39,583 nt of DNA, taken from IMG/VR virus record IMGVR_UViG_3300005535_000012, positions 1 through 39,583 of that record; one strand, written 5' to 3'. The translations under genes and the position numbers were made by a program. The stretch comes from a virus. Below are positions 8,278 through 17,262 of the stretch, one piece after another (within the stretch, counting starts at the first letter, position 1; each line of letters opens with the position of its first letter). The notes beneath the pieces were generated by a model. It was given only the letters and a program-made list of their open reading frames with translations. It did not search any database and had not been told where the DNA came from.

Positions 8278-10713
8278 CTACGGCCTTCCGTTGCTCCCTC
8301 CGAGAGACCTGACACCCCCGGTGGTAATGGCTGGATACAGGAGCCTCTGGAGTCCGATGTTGCTCGCGACTGGAGCCGCAATACCGGCTGCACGATTGAG
8401 CGCAGGCGCAGCTAATTGCGGATTCAGCAGCATATTAGCAAGATTTGCTTGGATCTGTTCATTGCTTGCGTTCGCAAGTCCGCCAAGCGTACGCCCAGCG
8501 AATGAACCCGCGGCGCTCCCAAGCGTTGCCCCAATGGGACCACCCAACAAATACCCCATCCCCCCTCCGATAGTCCCTCCTACTGTGCCAGCCGGTAGTT
8601 TGCCAACAAGCGCCCCTAGTTTCCCAGGAAGTGCAGCTTGAAGCATATTCTGCGTTGCCAAATTTTGCGCAGTCGAACTTCCGGCTGATCTGCCAAGACC
8701 AGTGCTCGAGGCACGCAGCAAATCATCTCGAATCGCTGTAAGCGCATCGATTTGAGATTGATTTACTGATTTCGCAAGATTAACCCCGGGTTTTTGCTGG
8801 GATTTCTGAATATTAGCTAAGGCATTCTGTACTTTGGAGAGTGTAATGTTTCCTTGCGCATCCGTGAGATTCATACCTTGCAAATACTGCATTGCATCAA
8901 TCGGCCGAGATGCAGCAGCATAAGATCCTCGCGCTTCAGCGTAACCAGGGATCTCCCGGTCCATCAATGACAGCAATTGGTCTTTGACTCCAAGCAAATT
9001 TGAAGCTTTGCTTTTTTCTCCAGCCTGAGCAGCTGAATTGATCTGATCATCGAGAGCCTGCTTTATCCAATGCAGCCCCGTTCCAGAAACGTATGTCTGC
9101 GGGGAACCAAGCGCGCCACCCATGTTGGCATTAGCTTGATTTTGAACGGTAGTCTCAATTGATGGCGACCCTGCATTCTTTGCCATAGTCTGAGCCTGCT
9201 TAAAGGCTGACTGGAATGCAGGAGTCTGCTTAAGAGCAGAATATTCGGTGCTCGATGTTGGGATACCAACGTGCGTCGACAAATAATCTTGGACGGCAGA
9301 TGTGTCTCTGCCGGCTCTAGCGGCAACTAAATCATCCGCAGTTCCTGTAATCCTTTCTAGGGCTCCAAGGCGAGCGGCAGCATTTTGCTGCTCCTGAGCA
9401 ATGAATGGATTCGGACTGATATCTCGAATCGTGCGCTGAAGAGTTGCGATCCCAGGATTTGCCGTAGCTTCAGCCAATGTCGGAGAAGAGCCCGCCACGA
9501 GTTGCGACAGATTAGGAACCGATGGTCCGCCTTGCGCAGCTCTCGCAAGAATATTTTCGGCAATAGCTTGCTGACCAGAATTAGTGAAGGGTTGAAGAGC
9601 CGAACCGATGACATTGCCAGCATATCGCCCTGCACCCACCGCACCCGAAACCAGCGCCGGAGTAGCCGCACCCAGGAGTGCGCCGACTCCCATTTGACGC
9701 AACTTATCCGATCCGTAATTTTGACTGTCCGGAGAAACGGGCGATACTGCGCCCATGGCAGCGCCACTTACAGCCCCGCGTCCAGCAAGACCCAGCAATC
9801 CAGTCCCTACTGGCGCCCCGATAACGAGTGGAGCGGTAGCAGCCATTGCGCCGCCGATGTTGCCAGCGCCAGTTGCAATGGGGTGCGCTTGTTGGTACGG
9901 CGCGACTTCCTGCGCGCCAGCCTGCAATCCTTGGTTCGCATTGTTGACGAGCCAATCACCAGCGCGACCAATTGCTCCGACAAGGCTTTGACCTTGCGGA
10001 GTCATGCCTTGGCCAGTCGTGCCAAGAGATTGCAGGCCATGCCCAAGCAATTGCTGTGCGCCGAGTGCGGTCTCTTGGACACCACGGCCCAAGCCTGCCA
10101 AAAACGATGTGCCTGTTCCCGGCTGCGGCCCGGTTGGCTGCTGCGGAGATGCTTGTGGAGATACTGCCGCCGAATTTGGCGCAGCACTCTTCGTCATCGC
10201 CGCAAAAATCGCATCGTCGGATTGTGGCCCTTGCTGCTGTTGTGCCGGCGCGCCTCCCTTGCTAAACGCAGAGAAGATCGCATCATCACTTTGGGTGCCG
10301 CTAGGTGCAGCAGTCGGGATTCCGGGGAGTACTTGAGGCTGCGTCGGTTGTGATTGCTTTGGCAGATTCGAAAGCACTTTCCCGGGATATGCCTGCGTCA
10401 AAGGCCCCCAATTCTTCTGATCCGTGCCGCCGTGGTATGCGCGTAAAGCATCCTGAACGTTGCCATAGCGGTTCAGGTTTTCATTCAGCAGATTAGCAAT
10501 CGCCGGAATCGCTTGATTCGGGTCAGTTGGATCTTTGACGCCAAGAGCTTGCGCAGTGGCCGGCATAAGCTGTCCAAGACCGACTGCACCAACGGATGAT
10601 TTGGCGTTCGGGTTGCCGCTAGATTCAACCTGGATGACGGCGCGAATCAGCGAAGGATCAATATTGTATTGCTTCGCAGCAGATTGAATGATACTCGAGT
10701 AATCGGCCATCAT
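8278..10713 (-). CDS. Large ejection/internal virion protein with lytic transglycosylase (SLT) domain, 811 aa
   Basis: NIDPSLIRAVIQVESSGNPNAKSSVGAVGLGQLMPATAQALGV and ALRAYHGG motifs at the N-terminus. Confidence 0.9.
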   Translation of the reverse strand: MMADYSSIIQSAAKQYNIDPSLIRAVIQVESSGNPNAKSSVGAVGLGQLMPATAQALGVKDPTDPNQAIPAIANLLNENLNRYGNVQDALRAYHGGTDQKNWGPLTQAYPGKVLSNLPKQSQPTQPQVLPGIPTAAPSGTQSDDAIFSAFSKGGAPAQQQQGPQSDDAIFAAMTKSAAPNSAAVSPQASPQQPTGPQPGTGTSFLAGLGRGVQETALGAQQLLGHGLQSLGTTGQGMTPQGQSLVGAIGRAGDWLVNNANQGLQAGAQEVAPYQQAHPIATGAGNIGGAMAATAPLVIGAPVGTGLLGLAGRGAVSGAAMGAVSPVSPDSQNYGSDKLRQMGVGALLGAATPALVSGAVGAGRYAGNVIGSALQPFTNSGQQAIAENILARAAQGGPSVPNLSQLVAGSSPTLAEATANPGIATLQRTIRDISPNPFIAQEQQNAAARLGALERITGTADDLVAARAGRDTSAVQDYLSTHVGIPTSSTEYSALKQTPAFQSAFKQAQTMAKNAGSPSIETTVQNQANANMGGALGSPQTYVSGTGLHWIKQALDDQINSAAQAGEKSKASNLLGVKDQLLSLMDREIPGYAEARGSYAAASRPIDAMQYLQGMNLTDAQGNITLSKVQNALANIQKSQQKPGVNLAKSVNQSQIDALTAIRDDLLRASSTGLGRSAGSSTAQNLATQNMLQAALPGKLGALVGKLPAGTVGGTIGGGMGYLLGGPIGATLGSAAGSFAGRTLGGLANASNEQIQANLANMLLNPQLAAPALNRAAGIAAPVASNIGLQRLLYPAITTGGVRSLGGSNGRP

Positions 10714-12227
10714 TGCCCTCCACCGGGAATTTGAATCACCCCGCTGCGCACGAGATTCCCGAGGTCAGCCTTGAACTTTGCCAATTGTTGCGGGGATTGA
10801 CGCGCGATAAACTTCTGTTGCTGCTGTGGATTCATCGATGTGAAAACAAAGGCGTCAGGATTAACAGCTTTGTTCCACTGAGACTGCCATTGGTTGAACT
10901 TGTCAGTCGTCAGGCCCGAATTCTGGAATGCATAGTCCTGCGCAGCTCGCATCTTCTCGCCAGCGATCGTCTTAGCGAGGATATCTTCGTTCGCCAACTT
11001 CGAAATGCTAGGGTTCGCGTTCCCCGTCACAGCCGCATTCAGGCGAGCATCCGTGCCAGTACCAAGAGAACCGGAGACCGACGAAGCATAGTTCGTCAAG
11101 ATTTTCTTGAACTCGTCATAATTCTGCACATCCCCGGTCCAGCCGATCTGCTTGGCAGTTTCCGGGGCCAGTGCATTGAAAAAGGATTTCGCCTGATTCC
11201 GCCAGTCAGTTCCGGGACCGGTATTGATGCCAGAAAGCGCATCGCGCGCCTGTTCAAGCAAATTGACGCGCATCGGTACATCAGCCGCCGAGTCATGCAG
11301 TTGCTGGGCGGCGGTGTTCGAGGTCGCACCTTGCGCCGTCAATGCGGCTTGCTGGGCTGGCGAAAGCGAAGTTTGGATGCCAGGTGCGCCGCCTTGACCG
11401 CCCTGATCGTAGCGGCCTGTATAGCCACCGCCAGAACCTCCGGCCGGAGCATTCGGGACACCTCCTCCGCCTTGCATCTGAAGCCATTGCGCCGTCGTGA
11501 TTTGACGCTGCTCACCATTCGGTCCAATTATCATCTTGGGAGCAGCCAGTTCCGACGGAGACAGAGCATTTTGCACAGTCGTGCCAACCGTCGATTCTCC
11601 GGTGAGAGGATTACGATTGAGAAGAACGGTTGCGGCACCAGTCTGAACTGGAACGTTCTGCGGCATCAAAGCTTGAATCTTCGCTTCGCCCGATAGCGAG
11701 TTGATCAGATGATTTTGAATCCATTGCGCCTGAGAACGAGGATCGCCGGGAATCGACTGGATCTCACGAATCCCCTGATCGAGAGGCAAAAGGCCGGACT
11801 GCACTGCATCGGAAATCTGTCCGGCAATCTTCGTGGACATATCAGTCTTACCCACTTCCGGATCGACTGCCAGAGAACCAATCATGCCTCGAATACCCTG
11901 CTGCTGCTTCAACGCAAGATCGAGTTTCCCCGTGTCATACTGGAGCTGCGAATTCCGTTGCTGGGCGATTTGCCCCATGAACTGCGGCAAAAACGCTCCT
12001 GCGCCATTCTGCGCGGCGAGAGATTGCAGCTTGTTGAAATCTACCGTTCCATCAGGGTTGACAGATTGCTGATACGCTTGCGAGATAGCTTGATTTGCAC
12101 CAAGCTGCATCTGATTCTGACGCAGGGCGAGCAGACCCGAAGCCGTCTGAATCGGCTGTTGAAGGGCCTGCATCGGGTTTTGCGGCAATTGCCCTTGGAG
12201 GGGTATTGTTGCGTCGATCGGGGGCAT
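10710..12227 (-). CDS. Putative DNA ejection/internal virion protein, 505 aa
   Basis: Gln/Ala-rich, position between the SLT protein and a gp7-like protein, stop overlaps next start. Confidence 0.7.
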   Translation of the reverse strand: MPPIDATIPLQGQLPQNPMQALQQPIQTASGLLALRQNQMQLGANQAISQAYQQSVNPDGTVDFNKLQSLAAQNGAGAFLPQFMGQIAQQRNSQLQYDTGKLDLALKQQQGIRGMIGSLAVDPEVGKTDMSTKIAGQISDAVQSGLLPLDQGIREIQSIPGDPRSQAQWIQNHLINSLSGEAKIQALMPQNVPVQTGAATVLLNRNPLTGESTVGTTVQNALSPSELAAPKMIIGPNGEQRQITTAQWLQMQGGGGVPNAPAGGSGGGYTGRYDQGGQGGAPGIQTSLSPAQQAALTAQGATSNTAAQQLHDSAADVPMRVNLLEQARDALSGINTGPGTDWRNQAKSFFNALAPETAKQIGWTGDVQNYDEFKKILTNYASSVSGSLGTGTDARLNAAVTGNANPSISKLANEDILAKTIAGEKMRAAQDYAFQNSGLTTDKFNQWQSQWNKAVNPDAFVFTSMNPQQQQKFIARQSPQQLAKFKADLGNLVRSGVIQIPGGGQ

Positions 12228-12234
12228 ATCTTCC

Positions 12235-12810
12235 TCACAGCAAATAGCCGCGCGATTGCATAAAATCGATCGGATGCTTCGCTTTCTTACTTAGATTACA
12301 CGAAGGGCAAAGAATCTGAAGATTAGTCTTTTCATTTGACCCTCCGAGCTTTATCGGAATTATATGATCAATATGGTACAGAACATTTATTTCAGTCATG
12401 CAACAAGCGCATTTCCCGCTCTGAAGTTTAATCAGATCAATAGCAAACTTATAATTAATGCGTCCGCCATTTGAGCGCCGCCGTGCATTTGACATGCGAA
12501 CATAGAGTTGCACCTTACTGCGATTCTTTTCTACCCATGCATTAGCCGTAGCGCGAGCCGCTTCGCGATTGTTATCGTACCACCTTTTCTTCATGGCAGA
12601 ATGTTTACCAGGGTTATTAGCCTTATATCTACGATCAGCTTCGGCCTGCCTCTTGGCATGAAGTTCAGGATTCAATGCTTTACGAGACCTATAATCGGCA
12701 GACTTGCAGGATTTACACGATGGATAATACCCATCCTTCATCCACTTGGCCTTCGTAAAAAGGTCAAGTTCTTTAACCTCTCCACACTTCGTGCAAGCCT
12801 TTGTCGGCAT
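12235..12810 (-). CDS. HNH homing endonuclease, 191 aa
   Basis: Two zinc-knuckle CxxC motifs (CTKCG / CKSC) and C-terminal CxxC..HIDHIIPIKLGGSNEKTNLQILCPSCNLSK HNH core. Confidence 0.9.
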   Translation of the reverse strand: MPTKACTKCGEVKELDLFTKAKWMKDGYYPSCKSCKSADYRSRKALNPELHAKRQAEADRRYKANNPGKHSAMKKRWYDNNREAARATANAWVEKNRSKVQLYVRMSNARRRSNGGRINYKFAIDLIKLQSGKCACCMTEINVLYHIDHIIPIKLGGSNEKTNLQILCPSCNLSKKAKHPIDFMQSRGYLL

Positions 12811-12818
12811 CTTGCCCT

Positions 12819-13574
12819 CTACTGGAAGAAAATCGGATTGCCTGCTGCTGTCGTGCCATAGATATTGTTGGCCGCGCCAGCGCCAGCACCTCCATTGCCA
12901 AGCAGCGAATACAGCAAACCGCCTTGCCCAATCGAGCCAAGACCGGAATTGATAGCATTCGCCATCCCGATCTTACCTGCTGCTTGAGCATTGGCTCCAG
13001 ATGTCAGGAAATTTCCCGCTTGGTTAGCGGTTTGCAATCCAGCATTGCCAACACCCGCAGCAGCGTTCTGACCTAGACTAACAAGACCAGCTTGACGATT
13101 GTACTGATCGGACTGGATGCCATAGTTGGTCATGAAGTTTTGCAGCGCATTCTGGTATTGCTGTTGGAAAGTTTGATCAGCGAGACCGGTCGTATATTGC
13201 CCGATCCCTTTCGCCTGCGCACCGGACAGGTTCAAGCCTTTCGCGGCCAAAGAGTTATCAACCCCCTTCAAACCTTGCTGAAGGGTAAATTGGTAACCTG
13301 GGGTTTGTTCAAGTTGTGCTTGAGTAGGATTGAACGAAAAATTCATGCCGCCCAATCTACCAAGTTGCCCCTGAAGACCTTGTATGGAACTTGTCCCAAG
13401 ATCCATATAGGGTTGCAGATTTTTCTGCATCTGCTGGAACTGCTGCCACTGGAGATTGGCAGCGTTATTTGCTGCATCCGCCTGAGTCTGAGCAGCGTCT
13501 GATGCGGCACCGGCCGACATGGCAGAGCCCGCCAGACCGGCTGCTGCGCTTACACCAATTGCTGCTGCGACCAT
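12819..13574 (-). CDS. Putative DNA transfer/ejection protein, 251 aa
   Basis: N-terminal hydrophobic Gly/Ala segment, Gln-rich body, ejection protein context. Confidence 0.7.
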   Translation of the reverse strand: MVAAAIGVSAAAGLAGSAMSAGAASDAAQTQADAANNAANLQWQQFQQMQKNLQPYMDLGTSSIQGLQGQLGRLGGMNFSFNPTQAQLEQTPGYQFTLQQGLKGVDNSLAAKGLNLSGAQAKGIGQYTTGLADQTFQQQYQNALQNFMTNYGIQSDQYNRQAGLVSLGQNAAAGVGNAGLQTANQAGNFLTSGANAQAAGKIGMANAINSGLGSIGQGGLLYSLLGNGGAGAGAANNIYGTTAAGNPIFFQ

Positions 13575-13575
13575 A

Positions 13576-14034
13576 TCAATCTCCCAACCATTTCTCGTAG
13601 GTCGTTTCCACTTGCTCGAATCCTAGGAAACGGAACAATGCCGATGCGTCGTGTTGAATCTTGCTGCCAACTGCCCATCGCTGGACGCCACGTCGACGCA
13701 ATTCTTTCTCAACAAAGCGAAACATTCTCGCCCCTGCCAAACCTGTACGCCTATCCTCTCGAACGAAGAAAATATCAGGCGAGCACGTAAGGCAAGTTCG
13801 GTAATGCAGACCGGGCGCGATGAAACAGACAAAATACGCCACAATCTCACCGGCTTCTCGGCCAATCGTCATCATCAGAGAACCGTCTTGCTCACGCGCG
13901 CGGTAGACTTCGACCATCGGCTCAAGCGGGACATCATGATCTTTGTGTGTCGAGATCTCGCCGTAGTGCTGCTCAAGCAGCGGAAGCAGCTCGGCATAGA
14001 CCTGCGAGAATGGCTCGATCGCAAAAGTAATCAT
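13576..14034 (-). CDS. GNAT-like acetyltransferase fold protein, 152 aa
   Basis: FFVREDRRTGLAGARMFRFVEKELRRRGVQRWAVGSKIQHDASALFRFLGFEQVETTYEKWLG has a GNAT motif A/B layout. Confidence 0.65.
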   Translation of the reverse strand: MITFAIEPFSQVYAELLPLLEQHYGEISTHKDHDVPLEPMVEVYRAREQDGSLMMTIGREAGEIVAYFVCFIAPGLHYRTCLTCSPDIFFVREDRRTGLAGARMFRFVEKELRRRGVQRWAVGSKIQHDASALFRFLGFEQVETTYEKWLGD

Positions 14035-14612
14035 CGTGAAGTCCTGATGTCCACTACCATGCTGATCCGATCAGAGGAACTGTTATTGACAACCTCATGA
14101 ACCTGACTGTTATCGAACCAGAAACAGTCGCCCGTCGTCATGCTGATTTGCTCATCACCTGCCGTCAGGATCGCGCCTGGCAGGCCCTGCAACACCACAT
14201 GGAAACGGGTGTAGTAACACGTCTGTTCCGGCGTATCAGCATGCGCGAAGATACGGCCGCCTGGCACGATCTTGTTAATCATCACGCGCCCAAGACGTTC
14301 GCCAGCAACACGAGCCATCAGGTTCATCACGATAGGACGAGCTTCATGGAGGACCTTGTACGGCGGGTAATCAACTGCTTCGTACTGATCGTAGCCCGCA
14401 AGCTGGTTCTGCTTATAAAGCTCGATCTGCTCTTCGGTGAGGCCTTCCACTTTCTCCGGGAATCGAAGCATGATTGTCTCCGTCTCGCCAAACGGGCCCT
14501 GCGGATAGTGGCGAAGGAACGTATCCTCCTGCCACAATTCAGGGCGACGTTTGATGGCGAGAACAAGCGGATTAACATCTACACCGCTTGCCAAGAGATG
14601 GAAATTACGCAT
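14031..14612 (-). CDS. Aspartyl/asparaginyl beta-hydroxylase-like (cupin/2OG-Fe type) protein, 193 aa
   Basis: IVPGGRIFAHADTPE..CYYTRFHVVLQG...GDCFWFDNSQVHEVVNNSSSDRISMVVDIR has HxD plus distal H and R. Confidence 0.7.
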   Translation of the reverse strand: MRNFHLLASGVDVNPLVLAIKRRPELWQEDTFLRHYPQGPFGETETIMLRFPEKVEGLTEEQIELYKQNQLAGYDQYEAVDYPPYKVLHEARPIVMNLMARVAGERLGRVMINKIVPGGRIFAHADTPEQTCYYTRFHVVLQGLPGAILTAGDEQISMTTGDCFWFDNSQVHEVVNNSSSDRISMVVDIRTSR

Positions 14613-14950
14613 TAGGCCATTCCGCCAATAATGTATTGTTCGCTAGCCGGAGTGATCGCACCAGCAGTAGTATTCACATACTGGATCTGAAGCGTATTCG
14701 CCGCTGACACGAATACATTCCCGATAGACAGACCTGCTTGATGCGAAGGCTTATTCACGTCAATGCTGTCACCTACCGCAAGGCCATTGACAGTGAAGGT
14801 CTGAACAGCAGTCGTATTCGCCGCAACCGAGGCCGGTGTCAACGTCTGCTTGATATTGTACATGCGAGTAATCGTCGTCGCGCCAGCCGATTGCATCTTG
14901 ATGGACGCGGGGGCCAGGATATCAGTTGCAACACCAAGATAATTTGCCAT
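14612..14950 (-). CDS. Hypothetical virion-operon protein, 112 aa (MANYLGVATDILAPASIKMQ...)
   Basis: Internal ATG at 14950 preceded by GGAG; the track start at 15001 overlaps upstream gene. Confidence 0.6.
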   Translation of the reverse strand: MANYLGVATDILAPASIKMQSAGATTITRMYNIKQTLTPASVAANTTAVQTFTVNGLAVGDSIDVNKPSHQAGLSIGNVFVSAANTLQIQYVNTTAGAITPASEQYIIGGMA

Positions 14951-14963
14951 TTCACAACTCCTT

Positions 14964-15308
14964 TTAAGCGCTACCGCTAGTTTCGTAGACACCACCGGCA
15001 ATCGTTACCGATGTATTGGCGGATGCCAAAGCCTGCAAAGTCATGCCTGCCTCAAGTTGCAATCCAATTGCCTGGGGCGGGACATAAGTCTGCCCAGACG
15101 CCAGAGAAAAGGACGACATGATCGTATTCGTTACTCCGGGCGATCCAGCCGATGGAACTCTGTAGAGAGTCACCGTCACAGGGCTGCCTGAAGTATTCGT
15201 GAGCGACAGATTGTTGATAGTGGATGTCGTTCCAGTCGGCGCTGAATAATACGTAGCGGTAGCATTCGTCAACTGTGCCGAAACAATCGCTTTCGGAATT
15301 CGCTGCAT
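14964..15308 (-). CDS. Hypothetical virion-associated protein, 114 aa
   Basis: All-beta-like composition, operon context. Confidence 0.6.
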   Translation of the reverse strand: MQRIPKAIVSAQLTNATATYYSAPTGTTSTINNLSLTNTSGSPVTVTLYRVPSAGSPGVTNTIMSSFSLASGQTYVPPQAIGLQLEAGMTLQALASANTSVTIAGGVYETSGSA

Positions 15309-15844
15309 TATCCTAGCCCTTTTACATAAACCTTACTAACTCCAACAGGAATAGCTGAAGTAAAAGTCAGCGTCACTCCGCTCAGAGAATACTGATCATC
15401 CCCTTGGAATATGCCATCGAAATATACCCAAAGCTGGGAGCCATTTGAAAACGAATGACTCAGAATCAGAGATGTTGTAGTGCCAGGAGTAAAATCTGTG
15501 CCACTCGAAAAAGTCTGATCTGATATTGTCCCGGTGGACGCGGTGCCAGTTCCAATCGGAGCAAAGATCATCTCAAGTATTGAATCTTTTTGCCCTGGCA
15601 TGCCGAAAGTTGTCTCTCCAGACAATGCATCCGCACCAAGAATTGGAGAAAGAGGAGAAAAAGTTTCTTCCAGCGCCAATACATCAGCAATCGTCAACGT
15701 ATCGGGAGGAGCACCTCCGCCTCCACCAGTCCGACGCCAAAGTTGGATCAGGAAAATAAACCACGCTTCCGTAACGTTCCCCGTCTGCGGATCTACAAAT
15801 GGGACATTGACGAGCGGGACATCGGTTTGGATAGCGGAAGCCAT
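15308..15844 (-). CDS. Putative tail-associated protein sharing a C-terminal module with the tailspike, 178 aa
   Basis: FTPGTTTSLILSHSFSNGSQLWVYFDGIFQ...TFTSAIPVGVSKVYVKG resembles the tailspike module; ATG at 15844. Confidence 0.65.
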   Translation of the reverse strand: MASAIQTDVPLVNVPFVDPQTGNVTEAWFIFLIQLWRRTGGGGGAPPDTLTIADVLALEETFSPLSPILGADALSGETTFGMPGQKDSILEMIFAPIGTGTASTGTISDQTFSSGTDFTPGTTTSLILSHSFSNGSQLWVYFDGIFQGDDQYSLSGVTLTFTSAIPVGVSKVYVKGLG

Positions 15845-15846
15845 GA

Positions 15847-17262
15847 TCACTCGTTGTTCGATTCGGCCTGAACCCAAGCTCCAAGAAGCGAAGTTTCGAC
15901 CGGAGCTGACCATGAAAGCTCGAATACGCGGTCACGCGCCATCCCGAGCCGCTTGAACTGCAACGACGTCAGATATTCCCCTTCCTTGCCAAGACTGATG
16001 CTAATGGCGTTTCCCCATGACTTACCGCGAGTATCGCTCCAACGAAGGAAGACAGGAACAGGTCCATAGTTATTCCCGTTCCCGACTTCCATGTTCGCAA
16101 TGAACTCGCGGTAGTGGATCCGGCTAGAATTCCCATCTACACCGTGGGCAAAAGAACGAATCCTAGGAATGGGGTTTCCGTTGTCAGTGAAGTTATTCAC
16201 ATCCCACAGATACAAATTCCCGTTCTCCCAATCGCCAACGATGGGCATGCCATATGCCGATGCATAGCAGTTGGCACGATGACGGTTCAATCCGCCATTC
16301 TGGTCAACCCAATTAAGTTCGTTCCACTGCTGAGTTGACAAATCGTACTGCCACGTTTTATTGGCAGTCGGAAAGGTCAAGACATAGAAGAAATGACCTT
16401 CTATCTGGTATGTGAATCCAATCGCATCATCAACACGAGAATAAGTAGCGATCTCGTTATCGAGAGCAAATGTCGAAATCTGAGAAGCGTTGAATTGCTG
16501 GCTGCGGTTCACATAGCATGTGCCCTGCTCTGACTTTGCCAGCCAATATACCTCGCCATCCATCTGAGCAATAGAGCCGACTGCTGCGCAACCATGTTGC
16601 ATGAAGACGCCCGGCAGACGCTCGAACGGGAACGTAGTATCCCCTGCGTTAAACCATACTTCTGTCGTCACTTCACCCAAAAGATAAATATATCTCTTTG
16701 TAACGCCGATGCCGATCAGATTGTCTGAAAACGCTGACTTTGATGCGAAATCTGTAGCGTCAAAGACGATTTCATCGTTAAGTGAAATGTACCATTGGCG
16801 CGTGCCGGGTACATTCAGAACCAGAAATCCATCCACAAAACGCACGATATTGCCTCCAGCGAAAGAGGCATCTGTGATCGATGAAAACGTATCATCTTTC
16901 AGCTTTATCGTATATCCGTTAGCCGTCCCATCGACCATCACCACATACGTTGCATTGTCGATCATCGATACGGGGCCAGAATTCGTTCCGATCGAACCGA
17001 GCAATTTCAGCGTGAAATCTGAATTGATACGGTAGACAGACGAACCGCACACGCCATAAAGGATGCCATTAGACGCCGAATAAAGGCCGCGCCAACCTGA
17101 GTCAGTAGCCGTGGCCTTCAGGGTGAGACCGGGGCTAAGATAGTAGGTATAAGGGAAAGATGCATCCTGGGGATTTTTCTCCCCATAGAGATTGATGCAG
17201 CGCTGAGCCTCCACAACGAGACTCTTCGCCATGTAGGCGCCAGTTGTGAGTGGCACTTTCAC
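15847..17262 (-). CDS. P22 gp10-like packaged DNA stabilisation/tail protein, 471 aa
   Basis: CINLYGEKNPQDASFPYTYYLSPGL, FMQHGCAAVGSIAQMDGEVYWLAKSEQG, AYGMPIVGDWENGNLY; adjacent gp4-like gene. Confidence 0.75.
   Translation of the reverse strand: MKVPLTTGAYMAKSLVVEAQRCINLYGEKNPQDASFPYTYYLSPGLTLKATATDSGWRGLYSASNGILYGVCGSSVYRINSDFTLKLLGSIGTNSGPVSMIDNATYVVMVDGTANGYTIKLKDDTFSSITDASFAGGNIVRFVDGFLVLNVPGTRQWYISLNDEIVFDATDFASKSAFSDNLIGIGVTKRYIYLLGEVTTEVWFNAGDTTFPFERLPGVFMQHGCAAVGSIAQMDGEVYWLAKSEQGTCYVNRSQQFNASQISTFALDNEIATYSRVDDAIGFTYQIEGHFFYVLTFPTANKTWQYDLSTQQWNELNWVDQNGGLNRHRANCYASAYGMPIVGDWENGNLYLWDVNNFTDNGNPIPRIRSFAHGVDGNSSRIHYREFIANMEVGNGNNYGPVPVFLRWSDTRGKSWGNAISISLGKEGEYLTSLQFKRLGMARDRVFELSWSAPVETSLLGAWVQAESNNE

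Noticed and set aside
9385-10353. 322-aa plus-strand ORF within the SLT ejection gene
   Set aside because: Composition is Arg/Ser/Cys-rich noise antisense to a well-supported 811-aa protein.
10713-11696. 327-aa plus-strand ORF
   Set aside because: Antisense to the 505-aa ejection protein; no recognisable motifs.
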